Origin: an uncultured Candidatus Binatia bacterium
Lineage (GTDB): Bacteria > Desulfobacterota > Binatia > UBA9968 > JAJDTQ01
Direction: 5' to 3'
DNA length: 64,000 nucleotides
NCBI GenBank assembly: GCA_964291295.2
Contig: OZ219754.1
Span: 3,552,001 to 3,616,000, forward strand
This document shows positions 23,365-32,912 of the stretch, piece by piece; position 1 is the stretch's first letter; every line of letters starts with the position of its first letter. A model generated the notes under the pieces. It was not told the origin of the DNA and did not search any database. It saw nothing but the letters and a program-made list of their open reading frames with translations. Made by a program: the position numbers and the translations under genes.

Positions 23365-24231
23365 TCAGGTGCCCAGGGAGCGGATTTTCTCCTGCGCCTT
23401 TTCGGCTTCCCTGGATTGCGGGTACCGTTTGATGACTTCCTGCAGGATGAGCCGTGCATCGACCCGGTTTCCCAATTCGGCAAAGGCGTAGCCTATCCTG
23501 AGCAAAGCCGCGGGAACCTTGTCGCCCTTCGGATACTCCTTGCGCACCAAGTCGAATTCCAGAATGGCTTCGTCGAACTCCTGGAGCGCGTAGTAGCTTT
23601 CGCCGATCCAGTACTGCGCGTTGTCCGTCAGAGCGCTGTCCGGGTACTGTTCGACGAATTTCCTGAACTGTTCGATGGCGCCGCGATAGTCCCGCTCGCG
23701 CAGACGTCTCCACGCATCTTCGTAGTTCCGCCGGGCTTCCGCCGCCTCCCGAACCGACGCCGGTTCGGGAGCCGCGGTTGCAGAATCCTTCTCAGCCGGC
23801 GCCCCGGTGTCGACCGTCGCCGCGGTCCCGCCGGTTCTCAGAACAGCGTTCCGCAGCAGGCGCAGTTCACCCTCACGCACCTTGAGCAGCTCCCGCTGGC
23901 TCCGTACCTCCGTCTCGAGGGCCGCCAACCTCTGCTGCAGCTCCTTGATGTTTCCGGAACCGACCCCCGCTCCGTGACGTATCTCCTCCACCGCCCCCTC
24001 GGCGGCGTTGAGGCGGTCCCGCATGGTGGCAAGCTCCGCACGGGTATCCGCCAACTGCCTGCGGGTCTGGTCGATCTGTTCGGTCAACCCGTTCAGCACC
24101 GCCCACTCGCGTTCCGTCAACGGCGTGCGGTCGGGGGGTGCGGGCGCCGCATAGTAGTCTACGGTGCAGCCCCATGCTGAAGCCAGCAAGGCAACGGCTA
24201 ACGATACGCGGACACCGATTCGCATGGACAT
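23365..24231 (-). CDS. cpoB: Tol-Pal system TPR protein CpoB/YbgF
   Basis: Lipoprotein-like signal, coiled coil, TPR NAQYWIGESYY...KVPAALL; follows pal. Confidence 0.88.
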   Translation of the reverse strand: MSMRIGVRVSLAVALLASAWGCTVDYYAAPAPPDRTPLTEREWAVLNGLTEQIDQTRRQLADTRAELATMRDRLNAAEGAVEEIRHGAGVGSGNIKELQQRLAALETEVRSQRELLKVREGELRLLRNAVLRTGGTAATVDTGAPAEKDSATAAPEPASVREAAEARRNYEDAWRRLRERDYRGAIEQFRKFVEQYPDSALTDNAQYWIGESYYALQEFDEAILEFDLVRKEYPKGDKVPAALLRIGYAFAELGNRVDARLILQEVIKRYPQSREAEKAQEKIRSLGT

Positions 24232-24327
24232 GCAGCCCTCTCGCGAATGAGGAACCGGCGGGCAGTCATGGCTGGCAGAGCATGAACGACACAGGCCATG
24301 TCAGCCTGTCCGAGCAAGCGGAACTCT

Positions 24328-24921
24328 CTACGAGGACGGCTTGAGGGGCCGGACGACGAAATGCGCACGCCGGTTCTTGCGCCAGCACTCCTCCGAGTTT
24401 TCTCCACAGACCGGGAGTTCCTCTCCGTAACTGATGGTGGAAAGACGATCCGGAGCATTTCCCAGTGTCACGAGATAGTCCTTGACCGCCTGAGCCCGCC
24501 GGGCCCCCAAGGCCAGATTGTACTCGTTGGTGCCCCGATTGTCCGCATGACCCTCGATCTCTATCGAGACGTCGGGTTTCTGCTTGATCCAGTCGGAATT
24601 GCGTTGCAGCAGATCCCGGGCGTCCGGCCCCAGCTCGGCGCGGTCAAATTCGAAATGGACATCCGCCAGCACACCTTCCTCGGCGGGCCTGCCTTCCTGG
24701 AGGGCGGTAAGGCTGTCCGTGCCCGTCTGAACATCCGCCGCCGGCCCGCCCGCCGGCGACGACAGGGTGCCTTCGGCAATACCGCTTGGATCGCTGCCGC
24801 CCGCCGTCCCGACTTCGGCCGGCGGAGCCGTCTCATCCCCCGGTTCGGGAGGCGGCGTGCAGGAGACGAGCAGTTGAAGGGAAAGGGAACAAGACAGCAA
24901 GACAAGCGATTTTCTCATCAT
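24328..24921 (-). CDS. pal: peptidoglycan-associated lipoprotein
   Basis: Lipobox LLVSC; OmpA domain IEGHADNRGTNEYNLALGARRA, ISYGEE, KNRR. Confidence 0.94.
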   Translation of the reverse strand: MMRKSLVLLSCSLSLQLLVSCTPPPEPGDETAPPAEVGTAGGSDPSGIAEGTLSSPAGGPAADVQTGTDSLTALQEGRPAEEGVLADVHFEFDRAELGPDARDLLQRNSDWIKQKPDVSIEIEGHADNRGTNEYNLALGARRAQAVKDYLVTLGNAPDRLSTISYGEELPVCGENSEECWRKNRRAHFVVRPLKPSS

Positions 24922-25139
24922 CCGTTTATTTCCTGTCTTCCCCGAAGATGGGTTGGGACGACTCGGCAAGGATGTGGCGACACCATGACGGCGATCTTGT
25001 GGCGACAATTTCATGACGCCCACTCACATGATGACAACCACTGTAAGACAGACTCATGACAAACACTGTACGGCAACCGCTGTCCCTGACAAGATGTTGC
25101 AGGGCACTGGACGACTGACCGGCCCCTGCCCCGCCTAGG

Positions 25140-26540
25140 CTAGCGCAGCCGGGGCGACCACGAAGGATGTGTATCATCTCCGGTGGAGCCTGTCAAACGT
25201 CGCTGGCTCTCTCCGTCACGCCGCATCGTATAGATTCGACGGGAACCCGTGCGGTCCGACGTGAAGGCGATGAACCGTCCGTCGGGCGACCAGGAGGGAT
25301 CCTCGTCATTGTGCCGGTTGTTGGTGATGGCCCGCTGCTCGCTGCCGTCCGGCCGGATGGTAAAGATGTTCATGACGCCCTTCGACCTTCCCGCGAAGGC
25401 GACAAACTCCCCCGTGGGCGACCAATCGGGCGACTGATTGTAGCTGCCCTCGAATGTCAGCCGGCGAACCTGTCCGCTGGAGACTTCCAGGACATGGATC
25501 TGGGGGGTTCCGTGCCGGTCGGACACGAATGCGATCCTTCGTCCATCCGGCGACCAGGTGGGCGAGATGTCGATGCTGGGGTTCGTCGTAAGGCGCTCCA
25601 CGATCATGCCCGAACGGTTCAGCAGGTAGAGGTCCTGATTGCTCCGCCGCTCCAACGGAATGGCGAGGTGCCGTCCGTCCGGCGACCACCGGCCGCGCAG
25701 GCTCAACCCGTCCCCGGTGGAGATCGGCGTCTCCCGGTCGGTGGTCAGGTCGAAACCGACCACCCGCGGCCTGCCCGTCCCGTAGGAGAGATAGACCAGA
25801 CCCTTGCCGTCCGGCCACCATGAGGGGAACAGGTTGATGGTTCGGTTGTTGGTGACCTTCTTCTTCCCGGTTCCGTCCAGATGCGCGACATATATCTCCT
25901 TGAACCGGTCCCTTCCGGTCGAGACATACGCGATCCTGGTATCGAACACGCCCCGGACACCGGTCAGCTTCAGGATGACCTCGTCGACGAAACGATGGGC
26001 CATGCGCCGGGCGTCACGGACATCGCCGGAGTACGTCTTTCCCAGTAACGCCTCCTGGCGGAAAACGTCGTAGAGCCAGAACTCGACCTCGACCCCCTCG
26101 CCGGAGACCCGGAAACCACCCTTGACGAGCCCCTCGGCTCCGATGGTTGCCCAATCCCGGAAATCGAATTCGCCCGATCGGATCCCGGTTCGCTGAGGAT
26201 GCTCAAGGTAGGCGGATCGGTCGATGATCGTGAACCAGCCGGAGCGGTCCAGATCGTCGGTGATCACGTCGGCCAGGCGCTCGGAAAGGCGCTCGACATC
26301 GCTCGACATCCCGAGGTTCCTGAGCGGGGAAACCGCCATCCGGTAACGCTCGGCGCCCGGACCGACGATCAGGCCCTTGACCTGGCCCTGAACCGCCACC
26401 GGGAAAAGCCAGCAGAGCACCAGCGCGGCGATGATCCACGCCACCCACCGGCGGCGGGAAGCCTCAACCGGTCCGTCCAGCCCCTGCCCCGCTCGGGGCG
26501 TGCTCCGTTCCCCCATGTTCCAGGAATCCTCTTCGTTCAC
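25140..26540 (-). CDS. tolB: Tol-Pal beta-propeller protein TolB
   Basis: AHRFVDEVI..LTG..G.FDTRIAYV, repeated WSPDG units; start uncertain. Confidence 0.93.
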   Translation of the reverse strand: MNEEDSWNMGERSTPRAGQGLDGPVEASRRRWVAWIIAALVLCWLFPVAVQGQVKGLIVGPGAERYRMAVSPLRNLGMSSDVERLSERLADVITDDLDRSGWFTIIDRSAYLEHPQRTGIRSGEFDFRDWATIGAEGLVKGGFRVSGEGVEVEFWLYDVFRQEALLGKTYSGDVRDARRMAHRFVDEVILKLTGVRGVFDTRIAYVSTGRDRFKEIYVAHLDGTGKKKVTNNRTINLFPSWWPDGKGLVYLSYGTGRPRVVGFDLTTDRETPISTGDGLSLRGRWSPDGRHLAIPLERRSNQDLYLLNRSGMIVERLTTNPSIDISPTWSPDGRRIAFVSDRHGTPQIHVLEVSSGQVRRLTFEGSYNQSPDWSPTGEFVAFAGRSKGVMNIFTIRPDGSEQRAITNNRHNDEDPSWSPDGRFIAFTSDRTGSRRIYTMRRDGESQRRLTGSTGDDTHPSWSPRLR

Positions 26541-26564
26541 GTCAAGCGCCCCTGCGCCACGATG

Positions 26565-27584
26565 TCAGCCATCCTCGGCGGCAGGCCGAAAAACCAGTTC
26601 GACCTGCGCGAACTCGCGCGCATGGCGCGGCGGCGGCGGCGGCAAGGGACTCGCACCCCGCACCGCCCGTATCACCGATTCATCGTAGGAGAGGTCTCCC
26701 GAAGACTTCAACAACCGGAGCCCGAAGATCTCCCCATCGACCCCGATCCCGAAACCCACGGTTACCTTGAGGTCCCTGCGTTTGCCGATCCAGGTCCAAC
26801 GCTCCTTGATGCGGCCGAGCATCCCGTTGCGATAGGCCACGAACTCCATTCCCCTGACCAGGGCGCCGCCATTGCCGCTGCCGGCGCCCGACGTCTCCGA
26901 ACCGGCATGCGGCGTCCGGGCCTCGCGTTGCAATCGCGCCCGCTCCCTGGCCGCCGCCACGGCGGCATCGATACGCCTTCGATTCAGCCTCTGGACCAGC
27001 CGCGAATCCTTGCCCGGTTCATTTTTCGGCTTCGGCGCTTGGGGGGGCTTCCTGACGACTTTCTTCGTGACGACCTTTCCGGGACTCCTGCGAACAGGCT
27101 GCTTCTTCGTCTTGACGACCTTCTTCGTCTCGACCGCCTTCTTCGGTTCGACCAACTTCTTTTTCGGTTTCTCCGGCGCCTTGACGACCTTCTTCCGGCG
27201 CGGCGGTGGCTCCTTTGCCTGCGCCTTTGGCGGCGGCGGAAGCTCCTCGGGAGCCTGGGTGATTTTCGGTGGATCCGGAACGGCCGGTTCGGAGTCGGCC
27301 TCGTCCAGCGGCGGGAGCGGTTCGGCCCGCGCCGGTTTCACCTCCTGCCGCTCGGGGCTTCGAAGATCGGGGCGCGGCCCCGGCATGTCTCCAGCCACCA
27401 GGTCCACGGTATAGACGGGGACGGGAGAGTCCCGGCGTGCGGTGCTCGCGGGCACCAGCAGCAATGTCAGGACAAGTACCAGATGGAGAGCGCCCGAGAA
27501 GCAGATCCACCACCTCAGACCACGGGTGCCCGATCCACGATGCTCCTCGTGGGGGTCGCCTTTCCCGGGGAAGATGGCGCGCAT
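26565..27584 (-). CDS. tolA: TolA/TonB-family energy transducer
   Basis: N-terminal TM helix with S..H, Pro/Lys-rich linker, C-terminal SSGD.SYDESV.RAV...SPLPPPP; sits between tolR and tolB. Confidence 0.8.
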   Translation of the reverse strand: MRAIFPGKGDPHEEHRGSGTRGLRWWICFSGALHLVLVLTLLLVPASTARRDSPVPVYTVDLVAGDMPGPRPDLRSPERQEVKPARAEPLPPLDEADSEPAVPDPPKITQAPEELPPPPKAQAKEPPPRRKKVVKAPEKPKKKLVEPKKAVETKKVVKTKKQPVRRSPGKVVTKKVVRKPPQAPKPKNEPGKDSRLVQRLNRRRIDAAVAAARERARLQREARTPHAGSETSGAGSGNGGALVRGMEFVAYRNGMLGRIKERWTWIGKRRDLKVTVGFGIGVDGEIFGLRLLKSSGDLSYDESVIRAVRGASPLPPPPPRHAREFAQVELVFRPAAEDG

Positions 27585-27609
27585 CCGACTCCCTCTTCCT
27601 GAACACCGC

Positions 27610-28029
27610 TCACGGACCGGTGAGCGGCAGGGCCATCATGCCGAGCCTGCCGATGCCCGCGCCCTTGATCTCGCCGATGGCGGCGATCACCGAGCCGTAA
27701 CGAACATCGCGGTCCGCCCGCAGGTAGACGGATTTGCCGGGGTCCAGATTCCGAATGGCCTGCAGCTTCGTTCGAAGCTCCGCCGGAGTCACCTCGTTGT
27801 CGTTCAGGTAGACCCGGCCTTCCCGTGAAACCGTGACGATCAAGGGGTCCGCCTCGCCCACCACCGGGCTGGCCTTGGCTTGCGGCAGATTGACTTCCAC
27901 GCCCTGCTGAATGATCGGCGCGGTGACCATGAAGATCACCAGCAACACCAGCATGACATCCACGAAGGGGGTGACATTGATGTTCGACAACGGCAGCGCG
28001 TTCCGCCCCTGGCCGACGTCAGCCGCCAT
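27610..28029 (-). CDS. tolR: TolR
   Basis: INVTPFVDVMLVLLVIFMVTAP, LRADRDVRYG. Confidence 0.92.
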   Translation of the reverse strand: MAADVGQGRNALPLSNINVTPFVDVMLVLLVIFMVTAPIIQQGVEVNLPQAKASPVVGEADPLIVTVSREGRVYLNDNEVTPAELRTKLQAIRNLDPGKSVYLRADRDVRYGSVIAAIGEIKGAGIGRLGMMALPLTGP

Positions 28030-28089
28030 GACTCACCCCTTGTCCGTTCGGACCACTCGCGCAGTCCCCGACCATGCCGGAGGTATCCA

Positions 28090-28902
28090 TCACTTCCTGG
28101 TGAAATGCCGCTCCGCGATATTGAGAAACTCCTGCGTGAAGTTCTCCATGTCCGTGGTCAGCACCCGGATCTCCTGAAGGTAGTGGTTGTAGGCGATGAG
28201 CGCGGGAATCGCCGCCATCAGGCCCGCCGCGGTGGCGACCAGCGCCTCGGCGATTCCGGGCGCCACCGCCTGAATCGTCGACGACCGGGTAACGCTGAGC
28301 CCGCGGAATGCGTTCATGATGCCCCACACCGTGCCGAAGAGGCCTATGAACGGCGTGGAGCCGGAGGTGGTCGCCAGGAAGGTCAGCGTCTTCTCCAGCT
28401 TCGTCAACTCCACGTTGGCGGCGCGTTTCATGGCCCGCGCGACGTTGTCCACCCCGCTGAGATCGGTGGTCAGACCCTTCGCCTCCGCCGCGTCCCGGCG
28501 CGACACCCGGAGCAATTCCTCGTATCCGGCGACAAAGACCTGGGCCACCGGACTCGCTTCCAGCTCCTGGCTGGTTTCGTGTATCGAGGCCAGGTTGCGG
28601 CTCTCCCAGAAGACTTCGATGAAACGGGCCGACTGGACCTTGGCATCGCGCACGTGTCTGTACTTGAAGAAGATGACGCCCCAACTGACCACCGAGATGA
28701 GGATCAACAGATAGAGCACCAACTGGACAACCGGACCCGCTCCCAGGACCAGATCGAGTATGCCCTGATGCTGCAGAGCCACCGGCACGGGGTCGGGCTG
28801 AACCGCCAACTGGTAGATCGAGAAGTATGTCAGGAAATACGGCATCACCCACGGCACCAACCATGGTGCCAAACCACGCGGCCCATCACCCCGGGCCATC
28901 AA
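28090..28902 (-). CDS. tolQ: TolQ
   Basis: TPFIGLFGTVWGIM, VAPGIAEALVATAAGL.AAIPA; true start may be further downstream. Confidence 0.92.
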   Translation of the reverse strand: MMARGDGPRGLAPWLVPWVMPYFLTYFSIYQLAVQPDPVPVALQHQGILDLVLGAGPVVQLVLYLLILISVVSWGVIFFKYRHVRDAKVQSARFIEVFWESRNLASIHETSQELEASPVAQVFVAGYEELLRVSRRDAAEAKGLTTDLSGVDNVARAMKRAANVELTKLEKTLTFLATTSGSTPFIGLFGTVWGIMNAFRGLSVTRSSTIQAVAPGIAEALVATAAGLMAAIPALIAYNHYLQEIRVLTTDMENFTQEFLNIAERHFTRK

Positions 28903-28981
28903 CCCGGGCCATCAACCCCATACAATCTTGAAAGTTTATTTTAATCGCAGTACCCAGTCAATTGGTCGTCTTTTGAGTACC

Positions 28982-30199
28982 ATGCTCCGCAACGTTTCAG
29001 AACTGCCCCTGGCGGGAAAGACCGTGTTTCTCCGAGTGGACTTCAACGTACCCCTCGACGGCCGGGCCATCACCGAAACCCACCGTATCCACAGCGCGCT
29101 GCCGACGATCCGGTTCCTGCTGGAGAAGGCCCCCAGGCTCGTGATCGCCTCCCATCTGGGCCGCCCCGGCGGGACCTCCGACCACCGGTGGAGCCTCGCG
29201 CCCGTGCAACGACACCTCGAACAAACCCTTTCCATGCCCGTGCGGCTCGCTCCCGACTGCGTTGGTCCGGCAGTGCGGCAGTTGGTGGCGAACCTGGACA
29301 AGGGAAGGGTCCTGTTGCTGGAGAACCTCCGGTTCCACTCCGGCGAGGAGGCCAACGACCCGGCATTCGCGCGGTCGCTTGCGAGTCTGGCGGACGTCTA
29401 CGTCAACGACGCCTTCGGCGCGGCACATCGGGCTCACGCCTCCACCGCCGGCATGGTCCGGCATTTCCGGGAAAAGGGGATGGGCTTTCTGTTTCACCAG
29501 GAAGTCGAATACCTGTCCCGTGTCCTCGGCGCGCCCGAGCGGCCCGTCGCCGCCATCCTGGGAGGCGCCAAGGTCTCCGACAAGATCGGCGTGCTCAAGA
29601 ACCTGATACCGCGGGTGGACCTCGTCATGGTGGGCGGCGCCATGGCATACACTTTCCTGAACGCCCGCGGCATCGCCGTGGGACGGTCGCTGCTGGAGAC
29701 GGAATCCCTTGCCGTGGCCAGGGAGATCATGAGCGAGGCGGAGCGGTCCGGAGTCCCGTTCGTGCTGCCGGTGGACCATGTCGCCGCCGGGGACATCGAC
29801 GGCGCCGATCATGGCGCGACCCCCGACGCGAACATCCCGGAAGACCGGATGGGGCTCGATATCGGTCCGAAGACAGCCGCCCTGTTCTCGGAAAGACTCG
29901 CGAACGCGGCCATGGCGCTGTGGAACGGTCCCCTGGGGCTGTTCGAACGGGAGCCGTTCCATCGCGGAACCGTGGCGGTGGCGCGGGCGCTGGCGTCCTC
30001 GGACGCCGTCAGCATCGTCGCCGGCGGCGACACGGTGGCGGCCGTGCGGCTTGCCGGGACCGCCGACAACGTGACACACCTGTCCACCGGAGGGGGAGCC
30101 ACGCTGGAGTTTCTCGAGGGCCGGACGCTCCCCGGCATCCAGGCCCTGGAAGACGGGAACCCCGGCGCAGCCGCGGCATGGCGAAACGCACGGTCATAG
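28982..30199 (+). CDS. pgk: phosphoglycerate kinase
   Basis: RVDFNVP, SHLGRP, LENLRF, NDAFGAAHRAHAS, STGGGA. Confidence 0.96.
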   Translation: MLRNVSELPLAGKTVFLRVDFNVPLDGRAITETHRIHSALPTIRFLLEKAPRLVIASHLGRPGGTSDHRWSLAPVQRHLEQTLSMPVRLAPDCVGPAVRQLVANLDKGRVLLLENLRFHSGEEANDPAFARSLASLADVYVNDAFGAAHRAHASTAGMVRHFREKGMGFLFHQEVEYLSRVLGAPERPVAAILGGAKVSDKIGVLKNLIPRVDLVMVGGAMAYTFLNARGIAVGRSLLETESLAVAREIMSEAERSGVPFVLPVDHVAAGDIDGADHGATPDANIPEDRMGLDIGPKTAALFSERLANAAMALWNGPLGLFEREPFHRGTVAVARALASSDAVSIVAGGDTVAAVRLAGTADNVTHLSTGGGATLEFLEGRTLPGIQALEDGNPGAAAAWRNARS

Positions 30200-30960
30200 C
30201 CAACTGGAAGATGCACGGAAGCCAGCAGGAGGCCCGCACCCTGGCGCGCGGTGTCCGCCGGCTGCTGGACGACCGCCTTGCCGCCGTCGCGGTGGTGCTG
30301 GCCCCGCCGCTCACCTCCCTGGAGACCGTGCGGCAGGCCATCCGGGGAAGCCGGCTCGGCCTCTCCGCGCAGAATCTCCACTGGCAGCCCCAAGGGGCGT
30401 TCACCGGCGAGGTGGGAGCGGACATGTTGCGGGACGCGGGCTGCAGCCATGTGATCGTGGGCCACTCCGAGCGGCGCCGGCTCTTCGGTGAGACCAGCAT
30501 CGAGGTCGGACGAAAACTCGCCGCCGCCCTCGATACCTCCCTGACACCGGTTCTCTGTATCGGCGAGACCCTTCAGGAACGCCGCCGCGGCCACACCTGG
30601 CCCACCCTTTCCGCCCAGCTGTCGGGCGCATTGAAGGGCGTCTCGAAAAGTGTTAATGGTGACTTGATAGTGGCATACGAGCCGGTCTGGGCCATCGGAA
30701 CGGGCAGGAACGCGAATCCGACGCAGGTGATGGAAGCCCACCGCTGGATTCGGCGCTCGCTCGCGCGCCGGTTCGGAACCGCGGCGGCACAACAGATACC
30801 CATCCTCTACGGCGGCAGCGTCAATACCGGCAACGCCCCCGAACTGGCCCGGATTCCGGAGGTCGACGGAGTGCTGGTGGGTGGCGCAAGCCTCGATTAC
30901 CGGAGCTTTGCGGCCATCGCGGACATATTTTCGGAACTTCCGGAACTTTCGGGACAGTAG
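30178..30960 (+). CDS. tpiA: triosephosphate isomerase
   Basis: ANWKM, GHSERR, AYEPVWAIGTG, LYGGSV, LVGGASL. Confidence 0.96.
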   Translation: MAKRTVIANWKMHGSQQEARTLARGVRRLLDDRLAAVAVVLAPPLTSLETVRQAIRGSRLGLSAQNLHWQPQGAFTGEVGADMLRDAGCSHVIVGHSERRRLFGETSIEVGRKLAAALDTSLTPVLCIGETLQERRRGHTWPTLSAQLSGALKGVSKSVNGDLIVAYEPVWAIGTGRNANPTQVMEAHRWIRRSLARRFGTAAAQQIPILYGGSVNTGNAPELARIPEVDGVLVGGASLDYRSFAAIADIFSELPELSGQ

Positions 30961-30980
30961 CGCCACCGGACGGACACCTC

Positions 30981-31334
30981 ATGATCATACTGGTAACAAC
31001 GGTCCATGTCCTGGTTTCCCTGGGGCTCATCGTCGTGGTGCTGCTGCAGACCGGCAAGGGCACCGACATGGGCGCCGCTTTCGGGGGAGGCTCCAGCACC
31101 ACCGTGTTCGGCGGCAGCGGCGCAGGCAATTTCCTGACCCGCGTCACCACCGGCATGGCGGTGGTGTTCATGCTCACTTGCCTGACACTGGGTTACTTTG
31201 CGGAACAGCGACCGGGATCGAGCGTCTTCGACAGCGTCAACCCGAGTGCCGGGACCGGCGATGCGCCGGCGGCCACGGACGCACCTGCGGCGCAGAGTCC
31301 GGAAAAGCCCCCGGAGGCACCGGCTTCTCCATGA
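30981..31334 (+). CDS. secG: preprotein translocase subunit SecG
   Basis: VLLQTGKG.DMGAAFGGG, NFLTRVT; standard position after tpiA. Confidence 0.93.
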   Translation: MIILVTTVHVLVSLGLIVVVLLQTGKGTDMGAAFGGGSSTTVFGGSGAGNFLTRVTTGMAVVFMLTCLTLGYFAEQRPGSSVFDSVNPSAGTGDAPAATDAPAAQSPEKPPEAPASP

Positions 31335-31353
31335 AACATGCTCACCCGAACGT

Positions 31354-31440
31354 GCGAGGATGGCGGAACTGGCAGACGCGCTAGCTTGAGGGGCTAGTGC
31401 CAGCAATGGCGTGGGGGTTCAAGTCCCCCTCCTCGCACCA
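31354..31440 (+). tRNA. tRNA-Leu(GAG)
   Basis: Acceptor GCGAGGA/TCCTCGC-A-CCA, D-loop GGAACTGGCAGAC, anticodon arm CTAGC-TTGAGGG-GCTAG, long variable arm, GGTTCAAGTCC. Confidence 0.96.
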
Positions 31441-31530
31441 TGACCCACCCCACACCCATCCACACCCTTCCCTCGCCCACGAAGACGACCCGCCTGCCGG
31501 CGGGTCGTCGGCTCCGGAACGCGGCCGCCG

Positions 31531-31830
31531 TCAGTTCACGGCACGAGCGAGGTCGTACAGCGAACTCACGAGAAAGGCGCGCAGGAACCAGACCGCGAAG
31601 ATGGCCACGACGGGGGACATGTCGATGCCGCCGAAGGCCAAGGGAAGGGCCTGCCTCAGGCGGTCCAGCACCGGGTCCGTCAGATTGCACAGCACGCGCA
31701 CGATGGGGTTGTAGGGGTCGGCATTGACCCAGGAAACCACCGCGCGGCCCAGGATCACCCAGACGTACAGTGCGAGAACGGTGTCCAGCAGTCCCGCCAG
31801 GGCCGCCAGAAAATTACCTGCCACAAACAT
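31531..31830 (-). CDS. yggT: YggT family membrane protein
   Basis: SWVNADPYNPIVR..LTDPVL..LR..LP..GGIDMSP. Confidence 0.9.
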   Translation of the reverse strand: MFVAGNFLAALAGLLDTVLALYVWVILGRAVVSWVNADPYNPIVRVLCNLTDPVLDRLRQALPLAFGGIDMSPVVAIFAVWFLRAFLVSSLYDLARAVN

Positions 31831-31884
31831 GTTTCCGACCCCGATGTTTCCGACCCCGGTCCTCGGCGCGGCGCCTCGCCTGTC

Positions 31885-32583
31885 CTATGCGGACGGGCTC
31901 CGGGGCCCGAACAGCGCGGTGCCGACCCGTACCAGCGTCGACCCCTCGGCTACCGCCACCTGGTAGTCGTGAGTCATTCCCATGGAAAGATCCTCCAGCG
32001 TCACGTTGGGAAGCGCGAGGTCATTCAGCGAATCCCGCAGTTCTCGAAGCCTGCGAAAATACGGGCGGCTGGCTTCGGCATCGCCGGCCAACGGCGGCAC
32101 GATCATCAGCCCCTTGACCCTGACGCGAGAGAGACCGGACACCTCCCGCAACAGCGGCTCGAGCCCCTCCTCGCTGACGCCTGTCTTGGTCCGCTCCCCG
32201 GCGAGGTTGACCTCCACCAGAACGTCGATGTACCGGTTCCGTTCCCGCCCTTCCCGGTCCAATGCTCGGGCCAGCCTGGGACTGTCCAGCGTCTGAATGA
32301 CCGAGAACAGGGCCGCGGCCGCCCGCGCCTTGTTCCTCTGAAGATGTCCGATGAGATGCCATTCGGCAATGTCGCCGGCGGCCTCCTTCTTGGCCTGCGC
32401 TTCCTGGACGTAGTTCTCTCCCAGAAGACGCACGCCAGCCTCCACCGCGGCACCCACCGCGCGGGCGGACCGGCTCTTGGTGGCGGCAAGCAGCCGCACC
32501 TGCCGCGGGTCTCTGCCGCTCCGTTCCGCGGCGCGGACGATACCGTCCATGACCCGTTTGCAGTTGCCCGCGATGTCGACCAT
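31885..32583 (-). CDS. yggS: PLP homeostasis protein
   Basis: LLAATK, GENYVQE, WHLIGHLQRNK, LSMGMTHDY, GSTLVRVGTALFG. Confidence 0.95.
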   Translation of the reverse strand: MVDIAGNCKRVMDGIVRAAERSGRDPRQVRLLAATKSRSARAVGAAVEAGVRLLGENYVQEAQAKKEAAGDIAEWHLIGHLQRNKARAAAALFSVIQTLDSPRLARALDREGRERNRYIDVLVEVNLAGERTKTGVSEEGLEPLLREVSGLSRVRVKGLMIVPPLAGDAEASRPYFRRLRELRDSLNDLALPNVTLEDLSMGMTHDYQVAVAEGSTLVRVGTALFGPRSPSA

Positions 32584-32912
32584 TACCGTGTCGCGCCCCT
32601 GAAGCCGTCTTGAACCGACCCGCGTGCCCGCGTCTGCCGGGCAGGGCGGCCGTTCCCCACTATACTACCACAGGAACAGTATCCACCGTACTTCGGAGCG
32701 GGTCCGTTCGCCCGGGCCGGCACCAGCTGTCCCGGGCGAACGGAAGCGCCGCGCACCCCGATCCCTTCCCCGTGGCCTGCGGACTGCTGGAATCCCACCC
32801 AGCCGGCGCCACAGGCAATTTCCGTGGGACAGGGATACACGGGGAGCCCCGATTCGCGTCCGATCATGGGACAAGGCTACAAATTTCCGGCATTCTGGAT
32901 GACAATCCGGAC

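Noticed and set aside
31441-31530. Possible integrative element at tRNA-Leu
   Set aside because: No integrase or duplicated tRNA 3' end seen; the housekeeping yggT follows immediately
31829-31858. 15-bp tandem duplication ATGTTTCCGACCCCG x2 at the yggT start
   Set aside because: Only two copies; most simply a slippage duplication with no evident function
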